IMG/VR virus record: IMGVR_UViG_3300032303_000302
Coordinates: 1-51,156 of that record
Strand: one strand, 5' to 3'
DNA from: a virus
Lineage: Duplodnaviria > Caudoviricetes
DNA length: 51,156 nucleotides
Of this stretch, positions 1-9,556 are shown one piece after another. The first letter of the stretch is position 1. Every line of letters starts with the position of its first letter. Below the pieces are notes generated by a model that made no database searches, was not told the DNA's origin, and worked only from the letters and a program-made list of their open reading frames with translations. The position numbers were made by a program, and so were the translations under genes.

Positions 1-840
1 ACGTACCTTAGTGCTAATGTTAGTGACTATCAAGTAGCACAGATGGTAATGAAAGAAAAAATTACTCATATTTTTCACTTTGCAGCCTCTGCGTCAGTTG
101 AGGAATCTGTTACTAACCCTGCACTATACTATTGGAATAACTTAGGCGAAACTGCTAAACTATTAGGTAATCTTCATAAGCTAGGTTGGCAGGGTAAGTT
201 TATCTTCTCTTCTACAGCAGCTGTATATGGTGAAGATGGCGTATTTGCCGTTGAAGAACAAGATAAGGCTCCCTGTAATCCATACGGACATTCAAAGCTA
301 ATGTGTGAGCAGATGATTAATGATGTTTGCTCTAAAGCAGGTATTGACACTGTTATTTTTCGTTACTTTAATGTTGCAGGTGCATATGGTAATGCTGGAG
401 ATCATCTAGATTCAGATCATATTCTTCCTAAGATCTGCTCGGCTATTTACGATAAAAGATCTTTTACTATTAATGGCGGTAATTATAAAACAAGAGATGG
501 TACCTGTGTACGTGATTATGTACATGTACTCGATATTTGTCGTGCTCATATACAAGCAGGTGACTTCCTAGAAACTAATACAGGCATCCATACATTCAAT
601 CTAGGTTCCCGCGAAGGCTTTACTAACAAAGAGATTGTTGAAGCATTTCAGAAGTATACTGGTGAAGAGCTAGAATATGTATTTGGGGATCGTAGACCAG
701 GGGATCCTCCTGCTCTGATTGCAGAAAACAATAAGTTTATTGAACAAGCAGGTTTTGAATATAAGCATACTGATCTTGAGAAGATTGTTACATCTGCATG
801 GGATTGGTATAAGAAATGTAAAATGAGGAACACAAAATGA
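1..840 (+). CDS. galE: UDP-glucose 4-epimerase-like NAD-dependent epimerase (5' truncated by window)
   Basis: Frame open from base 1; motifs HFAA, FSSTAAVYG, PYGHSK (YxxxK), FRYFNVAGA, DGTCVRDYVHV, RRPGDP. Confidence 0.9.
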   Translation, partial: TYLSANVSDYQVAQMVMKEKITHIFHFAASASVEESVTNPALYYWNNLGETAKLLGNLHKLGWQGKFIFSSTAAVYGEDGVFAVEEQDKAPCNPYGHSKLMCEQMINDVCSKAGIDTVIFRYFNVAGAYGNAGDHLDSDHILPKICSAIYDKRSFTINGGNYKTRDGTCVRDYVHVLDICRAHIQAGDFLETNTGIHTFNLGSREGFTNKEIVEAFQKYTGEELEYVFGDRRPGDPPALIAENNKFIEQAGFEYKHTDLEKIVTSAWDWYKKCKMRNTK

Positions 841-1775
841 TTCTAGCGAAGGCTCCTATGAGAGTCTCTTTCTTTGGCGGTGGATCTGATATCCCCGAGC
901 ATTATAAGCAATGGGGTGGTTCTACTATCTCTACTGCTATTGACAAATACGTTTATGTAACAGTCAATCATACACCACATAATCATATTAAAATCTCTTA
1001 TATGAAACAAGAGCTTGTAACAGACGTTAAAGATATCAAGAATGATATCGTACGTAATGCACTTATATACTTTGATATTAATAGTAATATTGAAATTACA
1101 TCTTTTGCAGATATCCCTACGGTGGGTACAGGTCTTGGAGGCTCGTCTTCTTTTACTTGTGCTCTTGTAGCAGCTCTCGCTCAGTACACCTATTTAGAAT
1201 ATACTCCATTCGAGATTGCTAAATCTGCATGTTTTATTGAAATAGAAATGTGCGGTTGGCATATCGGTAAGCAGGATCAATATGCATCTGCTATGGGTGG
1301 AATGAACTATATTAAGTATAGTAAAGAAGATCAGATCAGTGTTACTAAAATGGATCCTGATTATATTTACGATTCAATGCTGCTTATACCTACTAATATA
1401 CAGAGACATGCTGCTGAGATACTTGATAATATTAACTTCAATTCACGCCAGTTTGTAATACGCGAGTTATCATTGCTTGCTGACCTACATTGCAGGGATA
1501 TACCTGAAGCAAAAAAATACGGTAAATTGCTCAACCTTGCCTGGAATCTTAAAAAGCAAATGGATGATGGTATCTCTAATACTATTATTGATGATATGTA
1601 CGAAAAGTGCTTGACTAATGGTGCGTATGGTGCTAAGTTATTAGGTGCAGGTGGAGGCGGTTACATGATCGCTTTGACCGATAATAAATCAAAGCTCAGA
1701 GAAACATTCCCTGATCGTATTTGTCTTGATGTAAAAATTGCTCAGGAAGGAGCTAAAGTTGTCTACCGCGATTGA
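837..1775 (+). CDS. hddA: GHMP kinase, D-glycero-alpha-D-manno-heptose-7-phosphate kinase (HddA)-like
   Basis: APMRVSFFGGGSD, GTGLGGSS, GKQDQYA, GAKLLGAGGGG motifs; adjacent to gmhA. Confidence 0.8.
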   Translation: MILAKAPMRVSFFGGGSDIPEHYKQWGGSTISTAIDKYVYVTVNHTPHNHIKISYMKQELVTDVKDIKNDIVRNALIYFDINSNIEITSFADIPTVGTGLGGSSSFTCALVAALAQYTYLEYTPFEIAKSACFIEIEMCGWHIGKQDQYASAMGGMNYIKYSKEDQISVTKMDPDYIYDSMLLIPTNIQRHAAEILDNINFNSRQFVIRELSLLADLHCRDIPEAKKYGKLLNLAWNLKKQMDDGISNTIIDDMYEKCLTNGAYGAKLLGAGGGGYMIALTDNKSKLRETFPDRICLDVKIAQEGAKVVYRD

Positions 1776-2364
1776 AAATATATGGGTACAGCATCGTAAT
1801 GAAGTTATCGGTGGATTAAATTCTATTGATATGCATCAATTTCAAAAAGCAGCTGATATTATATGTGAAGCTATCAAAACACGTAAAAATATCTACACTA
1901 TTGGTAATGGAGCATCTGCTTCTATTGCACAGCACTGGGCTTGTGATTATACCAAAGGTTGCTCTAATCTAAACCCAGATGAAGGTAATTTCCTTAAAGT
2001 GCGGGTACATTCTCTCGCAGCCAATATTCCTCTAATGACGGCTATTTCCAATGACATATCATACGATGAAGTTTACTCTTACCAAATTGAGCGTCTCGGG
2101 AATCCTGGAGATGTTCTCATCACTATTAGCAGCTCTGGTAATTCGCCTAATGTTGTGAGGGCTATTGAAGCCGCCATGAAAGAAAAGATGCATGTCATCA
2201 CTCTTACGGGCTTTGCTGGAGGCAAATCTAAACAGATGGCTGAAGACTATTTCCATGGTGTTAACATACATGTCGATTGTCCCGAGTATGAAGCAGCAGA
2301 GGATGTTCATCAAGCCATCATGCACATGATAGCCAAATATATCAGGCAGAAATTTTGGGCTTGA
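1759..2364 (+). CDS. gmhA: Phosphoheptose (sedoheptulose-7-P) isomerase, SIS domain
   Basis: GNGASASIAQH, TAISND, ISSSGNSPNV, EDVH motifs; TTG start after GGAG chosen (ORF track starts at 1738). Confidence 0.88.
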   Translation: MSTAIENIWVQHRNEVIGGLNSIDMHQFQKAADIICEAIKTRKNIYTIGNGASASIAQHWACDYTKGCSNLNPDEGNFLKVRVHSLAANIPLMTAISNDISYDEVYSYQIERLGNPGDVLITISSSGNSPNVVRAIEAAMKEKMHVITLTGFAGGKSKQMAEDYFHGVNIHVDCPEYEAAEDVHQAIMHMIAKYIRQKFWA

Positions 2365-2389
2365 CATTTTAATAAAAACCTGGTACTGT
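2361..2389 (+). promoter_or_regulatory. sigma70-type early promoter
   Basis: TTGACA-17nt-TACTGT upstream of the 2421 gene. Confidence 0.65.
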
Positions 2390-2420
2390 AAGATATAGTG
2401 TAAAGCAGACGAGGAAGAAA

Positions 2421-3509
2421 ATGGCTCTTTCGGTTAAGATTAAAACAAAGCCTAAGCAGATTACTAGGTCTGCAATTAAATCCATCGACGATAAGTACAT
2501 GGGATCCGAGCCTATTCAGGTTTCTAATATAACAGATGCCTTGAACTGGTACAATTATATGCACGATAATGAACAGGCTAAGAACTGGATTATCGATTAT
2601 ATGAAAAAAGAAGAGTATTCTAAACAGGATATCTCTGCGTATCGTCGCGCACCTAAGTATGCTACTATTACCACTGTAGGCTGGTTGGCACGTATTCTTG
2701 CCAATGGTAACTCTTTGTCGGACATGAACCTAGAGTTTATGAAAAGCCGTATCGCAACTATGATCGCTGCTGGAGGTAAAGATACCTCTGAAGATACGGT
2801 CGCAAAGAAACCAGTTGTAGATATCCAAGCGCGTGTTGTAGCAAAAAATCAATACCTGCTTACTGAGTGTGAAGAAGCAGTGGATAACAATTCTCAGCTA
2901 AACATCTACGAATGGTTGCAGGGCAAAGAAGCCACTGTACAGGCGGCAACTACTATCCGCGATCATTATTCCAAGTGGATCGAAGACTTTAAATACGTAG
3001 ACGAGTTTGCTACTCGACAAGAGAAAAAGCGTAACGAGGAACAACTGAAGTATTGGACACAATTTGTACACGACTGTGATCGTTACTGCGGTAACAAGAA
3101 GGTTACTAAGGTACGTAAGCCTCGGGAAAAGAAAACAAAGTCTGCGGTTGATCTTATTAAGAATCTGAAGTATCAAAAGGAATACGGAGCACTAAAGATT
3201 GTGTCCGTAAACCCGGCAGAAATGATTGGTGCTAGTCAGGTGTGGACTTATAACACTAAGTATCGGAAACTAACTCGTTATGATGCTTCCGGACCTAGTG
3301 GTATACAAGTGAAGGGGACTACTCTTATAGGCTTTGATGTAGAGAAGTCCTCTACTAAGAGTGTACGAAAGCCTGAAGTTACTATCCAGGCGTTACTTAG
3401 TGCCGGACGTGTAGCACTAAGAAAGTTTCTAGAAGAGATTAAAACTAACGATACTCTGCCTAACGGTCGGATAAATAGTGATACAATTATTTTGAGGATT
3501 GTTAAATGA
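2421..3509 (+). CDS. Conserved T4-like phage hypothetical protein
   Basis: 362 aa ORF with RBS (GAGG); C-terminal NGRINSDTIIL typical of a family found before rnh in T4-like phages. Confidence 0.75.
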   Translation: MALSVKIKTKPKQITRSAIKSIDDKYMGSEPIQVSNITDALNWYNYMHDNEQAKNWIIDYMKKEEYSKQDISAYRRAPKYATITTVGWLARILANGNSLSDMNLEFMKSRIATMIAAGGKDTSEDTVAKKPVVDIQARVVAKNQYLLTECEEAVDNNSQLNIYEWLQGKEATVQAATTIRDHYSKWIEDFKYVDEFATRQEKKRNEEQLKYWTQFVHDCDRYCGNKKVTKVRKPREKKTKSAVDLIKNLKYQKEYGALKIVSVNPAEMIGASQVWTYNTKYRKLTRYDASGPSGIQVKGTTLIGFDVEKSSTKSVRKPEVTIQALLSAGRVALRKFLEEIKTNDTLPNGRINSDTIILRIVK

Positions 3510-3856
3510 CAGATAATGTAGTAGTGTTTCCTAAGGCAAAGAAAGATACTCCGCCTCAGTCTATTGAAGAAGTGTATTCAAAGGCAGAGGCAACACGTAA
3601 AGAGCATGTAGAATACGTGATTGATGAGACCCTATCTTTTGTATTTAATAGATGTTATGATGAAGGATTTAATCTACATCAAGATCATTGTGTAAAGTCT
3701 ACTGCAATGGTTGTAGAGGCGTTGCGTTCAGCGTTATATAACGCAGTTCAAATAGCACATCCATTACAAAATGCAGCCGATAGTATGTTCCATAGTGAAG
3801 AAGAAGCTATGGCACAAACAGAAAATATTTTAAATGATGATGACGAGTACGAATAG
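3506..3856 (+). CDS. Hypothetical protein
   Basis: 116 aa; ATGA overlap with upstream stop; NVVVFP N-terminus. Confidence 0.7.
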   Translation: MTDNVVVFPKAKKDTPPQSIEEVYSKAEATRKEHVEYVIDETLSFVFNRCYDEGFNLHQDHCVKSTAMVVEALRSALYNAVQIAHPLQNAADSMFHSEEEAMAQTENILNDDDEYE

Positions 3857-3864
3857 TATAAATA
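3857..3864 (+). promoter_or_regulatory. T4-type late promoter
   Basis: Intergenic TATAAATA. Confidence 0.55.
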
Positions 3865-3888
3865 GATTTATATAATGGGATATTTAAA

Positions 3889-4743
3889 GTGATTATTGTT
3901 GATCTTAACCAAGTAATGATTTCTAATTTTATGACGCAAATTGGTAACCATACCAATATTCCTGTAGAGGAAGATCTTATGCGTCATATGGTTCTTAATT
4001 CGTTGCGCTCTTACAATGCCAAGTTCCGTAATGAGTATGGGGAAATGGTTATTGCCTGTGATGATAAAAACTATTGGCGCAGGTCTTTGTTTCCATACTA
4101 TAAGGCTAATCGTAAAAAGGACCGTGAAAAGTCCGAGATCGATTGGAATACAGTATTTGAAATCCTAAATAAGATTAGGGAAGAATTAAAAACGTATTTT
4201 CCTTATCGTGTTATTCAGATTGAAACAGCAGAAGCAGATGATATTATCGGCACTCTCGTACAAGAACATGGTAACACCTCGGAACGTATCCTTATCGTTT
4301 CGGGCGACAAAGACTTTAGGCAGCTTCAGACCTATATGAACGTCCGTCAGTACGACCCTGTTCGTAAAAAATACCTAGAAGAAACTAATCCAGAACGCTA
4401 TCTCCGCGAACATATTATGCGTGGAGATCGAGGCGATGGTGTACCTAACTTCCTTTCTAAAGACGATTGCTTTGTCCTTAACGGGAGGCAGAAACCTATC
4501 TCTACAAAGAAGCTAGATGTTTGGCTTGAATACGCAGAGCCAGAGGCTTTCTGTGATGAAAGTATGCTACGTGGTTATCGTCGTAACGAACAACTCGTAG
4601 ATCTTAGCTTTATTCCATCTGAAGTAAAGCAGGCCGTTATGGACTCCTATAATACCCAGGAGGGCAGGGGTCGTGAAAAACTGTTCAACTATTTTGTTGA
4701 AAATAAACTAAAGAATCTTCTAACCGATATTGATCAATTTTAG
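3889..4743 (+). CDS. rnh: T4-like RNase H / 5'-3' exonuclease
   Basis: YYKANRK, EADDIIG, SGDKDF.QL, GDRGDGVPN motifs. Confidence 0.93.
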   Translation: MIIVDLNQVMISNFMTQIGNHTNIPVEEDLMRHMVLNSLRSYNAKFRNEYGEMVIACDDKNYWRRSLFPYYKANRKKDREKSEIDWNTVFEILNKIREELKTYFPYRVIQIETAEADDIIGTLVQEHGNTSERILIVSGDKDFRQLQTYMNVRQYDPVRKKYLEETNPERYLREHIMRGDRGDGVPNFLSKDDCFVLNGRQKPISTKKLDVWLEYAEPEAFCDESMLRGYRRNEQLVDLSFIPSEVKQAVMDSYNTQEGRGREKLFNYFVENKLKNLLTDIDQF

Positions 4744-4754
4744 GATATTAATTA

Positions 4755-5168
4755 ATGGCACGCAAATCTATTTCATGGATTCTAGATTACACTTCGAAAC
4801 TACCTAACGAAGAAGAAAAGGTAAAGTGTTTGCAAGCAAACGACTGCCAATCTATTCGTACAATTCTACAGGGTGCCTTTGATCCTCGTATTAAATGGAT
4901 GTTGCCAGAAGGCGATGCTCCGTATACTCCGTGCGAATATCCTAATGTAGATAACATGCTCTATTCAGAAACTCGCCGTTTGTATCTATTTGTAGAAGGT
5001 GGAAACGATGGGCTTACAACTCTTAAACGAGAGTCAATGTTTGTAGATCTACTGCAATCTATATCTCCTAACGATGCTAAACTTCTTATTGCAATTAAAG
5101 ATAAGAAGATGCCTTACGAAGGTATTACACCTGAACTCGTACTAAAAGCATTTCCTGGACTGTTCTAA
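4755..5168 (+). CDS. Conserved T4-like hypothetical protein
   Basis: LPEG.APY...RRLYLF...KRE.MF..LL pattern recurrent in T4-like phages. Confidence 0.75.
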   Translation: MARKSISWILDYTSKLPNEEEKVKCLQANDCQSIRTILQGAFDPRIKWMLPEGDAPYTPCEYPNVDNMLYSETRRLYLFVEGGNDGLTTLKRESMFVDLLQSISPNDAKLLIAIKDKKMPYEGITPELVLKAFPGLF

Positions 5169-5170
5169 TA

Positions 5171-5341
5171 ATGGCTAAAAAAATTAATACCCGTTTTTCC
5201 AATAATGACTATGACGATGAGTCCTACTCCGGTCGTGGCTATCAAGAAGATCTAAAATATCGTCGTAAAGAAAAACGAATGCGTAACGCCCTAAGGACAT
5301 TGGATGTCAATGACCTACTATATTTAGATGAAGAGTTTTAA
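5171..5341 (+). CDS. Small charged hypothetical protein (56 aa, not in ORF track)
   Basis: MAKKINTRF...YLDEEF*; fills the gap exactly, stop overlaps next ATG (TAATG). Confidence 0.65.
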   Translation: MAKKINTRFSNNDYDDESYSGRGYQEDLKYRRKEKRMRNALRTLDVNDLLYLDEEF

Positions 5342-5646
5342 TGCCACTTTACACTTTTAAAGATATAGAAACGGGAGAAGAGTGGGATGAACTCTTCTCC
5401 TTTTCTGCTAAAGACGAATATCTGAAAGAAAACCCTAATGTTCAGCAGGTTATATGCGCGCCTGCAATAATTTCAGGCATTACCGGTGTTACACACAAGA
5501 ACGACTCTGGCTTTAATGATATGTTAGGTCGTATTGCTGCTGCTAATCCACACTCCCCTCTAGCACAAGTGCATGGGTCTAAGGGAGTTAAAGAATCCAA
5601 AACTAGAGAGGCAGTTAACAAGGCAAAAAATAAACTGTCTCTATAG
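5341..5646 (+). CDS. FmdB-like small regulatory protein
   Basis: MPLYTFKD..TGE N-terminus, typical upstream of phoH in T4-like phages. Confidence 0.6.
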   Translation: MPLYTFKDIETGEEWDELFSFSAKDEYLKENPNVQQVICAPAIISGITGVTHKNDSGFNDMLGRIAAANPHSPLAQVHGSKGVKESKTREAVNKAKNKLSL

Positions 5647-5697
5647 ACTTTATATTATGGGAAAGTGATCACTCTAACCGATCCGCAAGGAGTTCCC

Positions 5698-6450
5698 ATG
5701 GTTGCACGTACACAAAGACTAACCAAAAGACAGCAGAAACTATCTGAAAAAGGAACAATGAAACTTGTTCCAACTATCAAACAACAACACTTCGATTTAA
5801 AAGAAATTTACCCAATCACCGACAATCAAGTAAAAACATTTGATGCTTATGATGAAGGTAAAAATTTATTTCTACATGGTTGTGCTGGTACTGGAAAAAC
5901 TTTCGTTTCTATATTTCTTGCACTTAATGAGATTATGAATGAAAGAACACCTCGAAAGAAACTTGTAATCATTCGTAATACACAGTCTTCTAAGGATCAA
6001 GGATTCTTACCAGGTAATGTCAAAGAAAAGGGTGAAGTTTTCGAAGCAGCATATAGAGCTATTTGCTGTGAATTATTCAATCGAGATGATGCTTATGAAA
6101 TTCTTAAACAAAAAGGCATTATCGAATTCCACACTACATCTTATCTACGTGGAACCACTATCGACAACGCAATCATTCTAGTAGATGAAGTTCAGAATCA
6201 ACGTTATGTTGAACTAAGAACTGTCTTGACAAGAACAGGAGATAATAGTAAAGTAATTCTTTGTGGTGATACAAAGCAGGATGACCTGTCTTCGACTCGC
6301 TACAATGAAGTATCCGGTCTTAAAGATATGATGAAAGTGTTCGAACGTATGGGCTTTATGTCTACCGTTCAATTTGGTATTGATGATATTGTTCGTTCTG
6401 GTTTTGTCAAATCGTTCATTATCGCGGAGTATGAATTAGGACTTTATTAA
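5698..6450 (+). CDS. phoH: PhoH-family ATPase
   Basis: GCAGTGKT Walker A, GFLPG, YLRGTT, VDEVQN, CGD.KQ.D, DIVRS; ATG after AAGGAG. Confidence 0.92.
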   Translation: MVARTQRLTKRQQKLSEKGTMKLVPTIKQQHFDLKEIYPITDNQVKTFDAYDEGKNLFLHGCAGTGKTFVSIFLALNEIMNERTPRKKLVIIRNTQSSKDQGFLPGNVKEKGEVFEAAYRAICCELFNRDDAYEILKQKGIIEFHTTSYLRGTTIDNAIILVDEVQNQRYVELRTVLTRTGDNSKVILCGDTKQDDLSSTRYNEVSGLKDMMKVFERMGFMSTVQFGIDDIVRSGFVKSFIIAEYELGLY

Positions 6451-7112
6451 TGTTTAATGTGAATCTCATCGAACTACCTGAACTGATACGTATCGATGGG
6501 GAAATGCGCCATTATGAAACACCAACAGGAGAACGTTATCCTTCTGTTACTACAGTACTAGGCAATACAAAAGATAAGTCTGGTCTAATCGCATGGCGTA
6601 AAAGAGTTGGAGAAGAAGAGGCAGACCGTACCATGAAACGCTCCGGCAGACGTGGTACGGCTGTCCATCTTATGTGTGAAAAACTAGTTCTTAATCAGCC
6701 TATTGATTTTAAAGCAGAGATGCCTCTTAACGTGATGATGTTTAAGCAACTTGAAAAGTTTTTAACAGAAAACGTAAACAGTATACGTGTATCTGAAGGC
6801 TCGTTATTTTCTCATAAGCTCAAAGTAGCAGGCTCTGTTGACCTAGTTGCTAACTATCGTAATCACGCTGCTATTATTGACTTTAAAACATCAGCCAAAA
6901 ACAAACGTACAGATTGGATCGAAGACTACTTCCTCCAGGCAGCAATGTATTCCTATATGTTATGGGAAATGACGCAAATGTATCATCCAAAGTTGGTTAT
7001 TGCTATTGCTATGGAAGAAGAAATCCAACCACAGATCTTTGAAGAAGACGTCAACAACTGGTTAGACAAGGCTCGAGACCGTTGTAAACAATTTCACAAC
7101 TTAAATAAATAA
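6450..7112 (+). CDS. PD-(D/E)xK exonuclease (T4-like exonuclease, Cas4-related fold)
   Basis: YPSVTTVL, RGTAVH, AGSVD, IIDFKTS, YFLQ..MY. Confidence 0.85.
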   Translation: MFNVNLIELPELIRIDGEMRHYETPTGERYPSVTTVLGNTKDKSGLIAWRKRVGEEEADRTMKRSGRRGTAVHLMCEKLVLNQPIDFKAEMPLNVMMFKQLEKFLTENVNSIRVSEGSLFSHKLKVAGSVDLVANYRNHAAIIDFKTSAKNKRTDWIEDYFLQAAMYSYMLWEMTQMYHPKLVIAIAMEEEIQPQIFEEDVNNWLDKARDRCKQFHNLNK

Positions 7113-7142
7113 CCGTTTAACTCTAACCGATTAAGGTATAAT

Positions 7143-7784
7143 ATGAAAAAAATACTACTACTTGCATCTCTATTATTTTCTACACCTGCACTCGCATCGC
7201 CTTGCGATCAGTTTTTTCCAAACGGTAAAGAAATTGTAGTGCCTGATACTCAAGTTATCTGTAGATCTTTCTTTGCTACAGTGTTTGATGCAAAGAATAA
7301 GGCTAATGTATTTTCTACAGAGATCGTCCAACCAGATGTTAAAGTACCTCGTGTGGACGCCTTTCGTGCAGATCCAGAGGTAGAAAACTCTCCTACTCCA
7401 GACGATTATACTAACACTGGTTACGATCGCGGACATATGACGCCCGCAGCAGATTCTAGCGATGCTGTTCAGATGTCTGATACATTCTATATGACTAATA
7501 TGACACCACAGTTTCCAAATGTTAATCGCATCGCATGGAAGAACCTAGAAATCAAAGTTCGCACATTACCTTTTCAATATGTCGTAACAGGTGCGTATTA
7601 TGCCAATTATAAAACAGTTATTGGTAAGCGTAAGGTACCTGTGCCTACATCAATATATAAGATCGTATATCTAAAGGACGGTACGGTACAGGCTTTCGAA
7701 GCAGATAATATCAAGGAAAACAAGAAAGTTAAGGCTGTTGATATTGAAGTTATTGAAAAGCAGACGGGTATTGATTTTCCGTAA
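7143..7784 (+). CDS. DNA/RNA non-specific endonuclease (NucA-like) with signal peptide
   Basis: YDRGHMTPA, TNMTPQ..N..W motifs; N-terminal MKKILLLASLLFSTPALA. Confidence 0.88.
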   Translation: MKKILLLASLLFSTPALASPCDQFFPNGKEIVVPDTQVICRSFFATVFDAKNKANVFSTEIVQPDVKVPRVDAFRADPEVENSPTPDDYTNTGYDRGHMTPAADSSDAVQMSDTFYMTNMTPQFPNVNRIAWKNLEIKVRTLPFQYVVTGAYYANYKTVIGKRKVPVPTSIYKIVYLKDGTVQAFEADNIKENKKVKAVDIEVIEKQTGIDFP

Positions 7785-7803
7785 TAATTGTTGAACGAGG
7801 AAT

Positions 7804-8220
7804 ATGACTATGAATGTAATTGATCTGAATAAGTATGCTGATTTTGCCTTTGAGTTGGCATCTGAAGAAAGCAAAGACCTGACCAAACTTATTGACCGGC
7901 TCGAACAACTCGACACACACGAGACAGTAAACGTTCCTCTTCTAATGGCTGGAGCCGCCGGTCTTAGTAGCGAAGGAGGGGAGTTTAATGAAATCGTCAA
8001 GAAGCTCTTGTTCCAAGGTAAGCCACTGACCGATGAAAACATCTTTCATATGAAACGAGAACTAGGCGATATTGCCTGGTATTGGATTAACGCTTGTTCT
8101 GCACTCGGGCTCGATCCAAATGATGTACTGGCAGAAAATGTGAACAAACTACAGTCTCGATATCCAGGAGGAGAGTTTAACGCATTCCATTCTGAGAATC
8201 GAAAAGAGGGTGACCTCTAA
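7804..8220 (+). CDS. mazG: MazG-like nucleotide pyrophosphohydrolase
   Basis: GLSSEGGEFNEIVKK, RELGDIAWY, N..KL..RYP. Confidence 0.88.
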   Translation: MTMNVIDLNKYADFAFELASEESKDLTKLIDRLEQLDTHETVNVPLLMAGAAGLSSEGGEFNEIVKKLLFQGKPLTDENIFHMKRELGDIAWYWINACSALGLDPNDVLAENVNKLQSRYPGGEFNAFHSENRKEGDL

Positions 8221-8226
8221 AACAAT

Positions 8227-8254
8227 AAGCCGGCCTTCGGGTCGGCTTTTTTTT
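8227..8254 (+). terminator. Rho-independent terminator
   Basis: GCCGGCC-TTCG-GGTCGGC followed by T8. Confidence 0.9.
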
Positions 8255-8264
8255 CTTACGGCGA

Positions 8265-8316
8265 TTGACATATTTTAAAAAGATCTGTATTGTTAATTAT
8301 AAGTTGGAAAAAGGAA
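8265..8316 (+). promoter_or_regulatory. Early promoter cassette
   Basis: TTGACA-17-TATTGT then TAATTATAAGTTGGAAAAAGGAA leader/RBS. Confidence 0.8.
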
Positions 8317-8322
8317 GACGAA

Positions 8323-8709
8323 ATGATTAAGGTTTATCAGATTCAACTCACTGATGCAGAAATCACCGCCATCAACCTCGGCGAATCAACTCCTCGCACA
8401 AAGGCATATTTTGATCGGTCGTTCGATACAACCTTCAAGGCTGAGAACTTCGAGTTTTACAACCATGTTGCAAATGTCGATACGAATGATATGGAAGAAG
8501 CTTTTCGTGCGATGAATATGTGGGACGATGTTCTTCCCCCGGCTGTTGAACGCCTTGGTCGCTGCTCGTCGATGTCGGTTGGTGATATTTTGGAATGCAA
8601 CGGCGAATATTTTCGTTGTGCTTCGTTTGGATTTAAACCGCTGGAAGATTACCGCGAATTTACCGAGACAGAAAAATCTTGCGGGTTCACTGGTTTGTTC
8701 GCATCTTAA
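8323..8709 (+). CDS. Hypothetical early protein, YodL-like
   Basis: KVYQ...EEAF...SMSVGDI pattern; start placed after the cassette RBS. Confidence 0.6.
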   Translation: MIKVYQIQLTDAEITAINLGESTPRTKAYFDRSFDTTFKAENFEFYNHVANVDTNDMEEAFRAMNMWDDVLPPAVERLGRCSSMSVGDILECNGEYFRCASFGFKPLEDYREFTETEKSCGFTGLFAS

Positions 8710-8715
8710 GGAGAT

Positions 8716-9138
8716 TTGATTATGACTAAGATTGTATATAATGCTTGCTATGGTGGTTTCAGTCTCTCGGATGTGGGTATCAGGCGCTATGCAGAGATCA
8801 AGGGTATCACTCTGTATACCAATGAACAGTATGGTTTTACAAACTACTATCTCTGCCCTCCGGAGGAATATGATCGTATCGTTGCAGAAGAAAAAGACAA
8901 TCCTGTGGCACCAGAGCGATTTGCTCGTTCAAACGAACTGTATTTCAGCGACCGTGATATCGAACGTAATGATCCTATCCTGGTTCAGGTCGTAGAGGAA
9001 TTGGGCGACCTTGCTAATGGTAGTTGTGCCAAGTTGCGTATTACAGAAGTTCCTACTGGTACTCTGTACCGTATCGATGAGTATGATGGATTCGAGTCTG
9101 TTGAAACCAAAGATAGTTATGATTGGAAAGTAGCATGA
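8716..9138 (+). CDS. Conserved phage hypothetical protein
   Basis: N.CYGGFSLS, R.DP.LVQVVEELG, I.EYDG.E motifs. Confidence 0.75.
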   Translation: MIMTKIVYNACYGGFSLSDVGIRRYAEIKGITLYTNEQYGFTNYYLCPPEEYDRIVAEEKDNPVAPERFARSNELYFSDRDIERNDPILVQVVEELGDLANGSCAKLRITEVPTGTLYRIDEYDGFESVETKDSYDWKVA

Positions 9139-9548
9139 TTGCTGATTGCGCTTATGTAGGGGATTCTATTGCAGTTGGTTTACGCCAGATGGACGCACAA
9201 TGTGCTGTCTATGCAAAGGTAGGAGCCAATACTGATTATATCACTAAACATTATAAAGGCGCTCAGGGCGCTATGTACACTGTGATTTCCATGGGTTCTA
9301 ACGCTCCACTTAATCCTAGGAACACAGCAAACGCTCGTAAACTGCGCAGATCTGTTCAGAGTGATTTAGTTATTTGGGTACTGCCTTATAACCGTACTGC
9401 TGCTGAAGCTATTAAAGTCGTAGCACGGGAGTTTGGTGATGGATGGGTAGATCTTAAAGTTTTTCCCTCTAAAGATCACGTGCATCCCTCTGGATATCGT
9501 AAGGTAAGTAAACAAATTAAAAACTCTGTTACATACTATTACGACTGA
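9135..9548 (+). CDS. Small SGNH/GDSL hydrolase-like protein
   Basis: GDSIAVG, SMGSN, DHVHP; paralog at 23485. Confidence 0.7.
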   Translation: MIADCAYVGDSIAVGLRQMDAQCAVYAKVGANTDYITKHYKGAQGAMYTVISMGSNAPLNPRNTANARKLRRSVQSDLVIWVLPYNRTAAEAIKVVAREFGDGWVDLKVFPSKDHVHPSGYRKVSKQIKNSVTYYYD

Positions 9549-9556
9549 GGAAATAT

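Noticed and set aside
6450-7112. Cas4-related exonuclease as a sign of a CRISPR system
   Set aside because: No repeat-spacer array or other cas gene seen; this nuclease is a standard neighbour of phoH in T4-like phages
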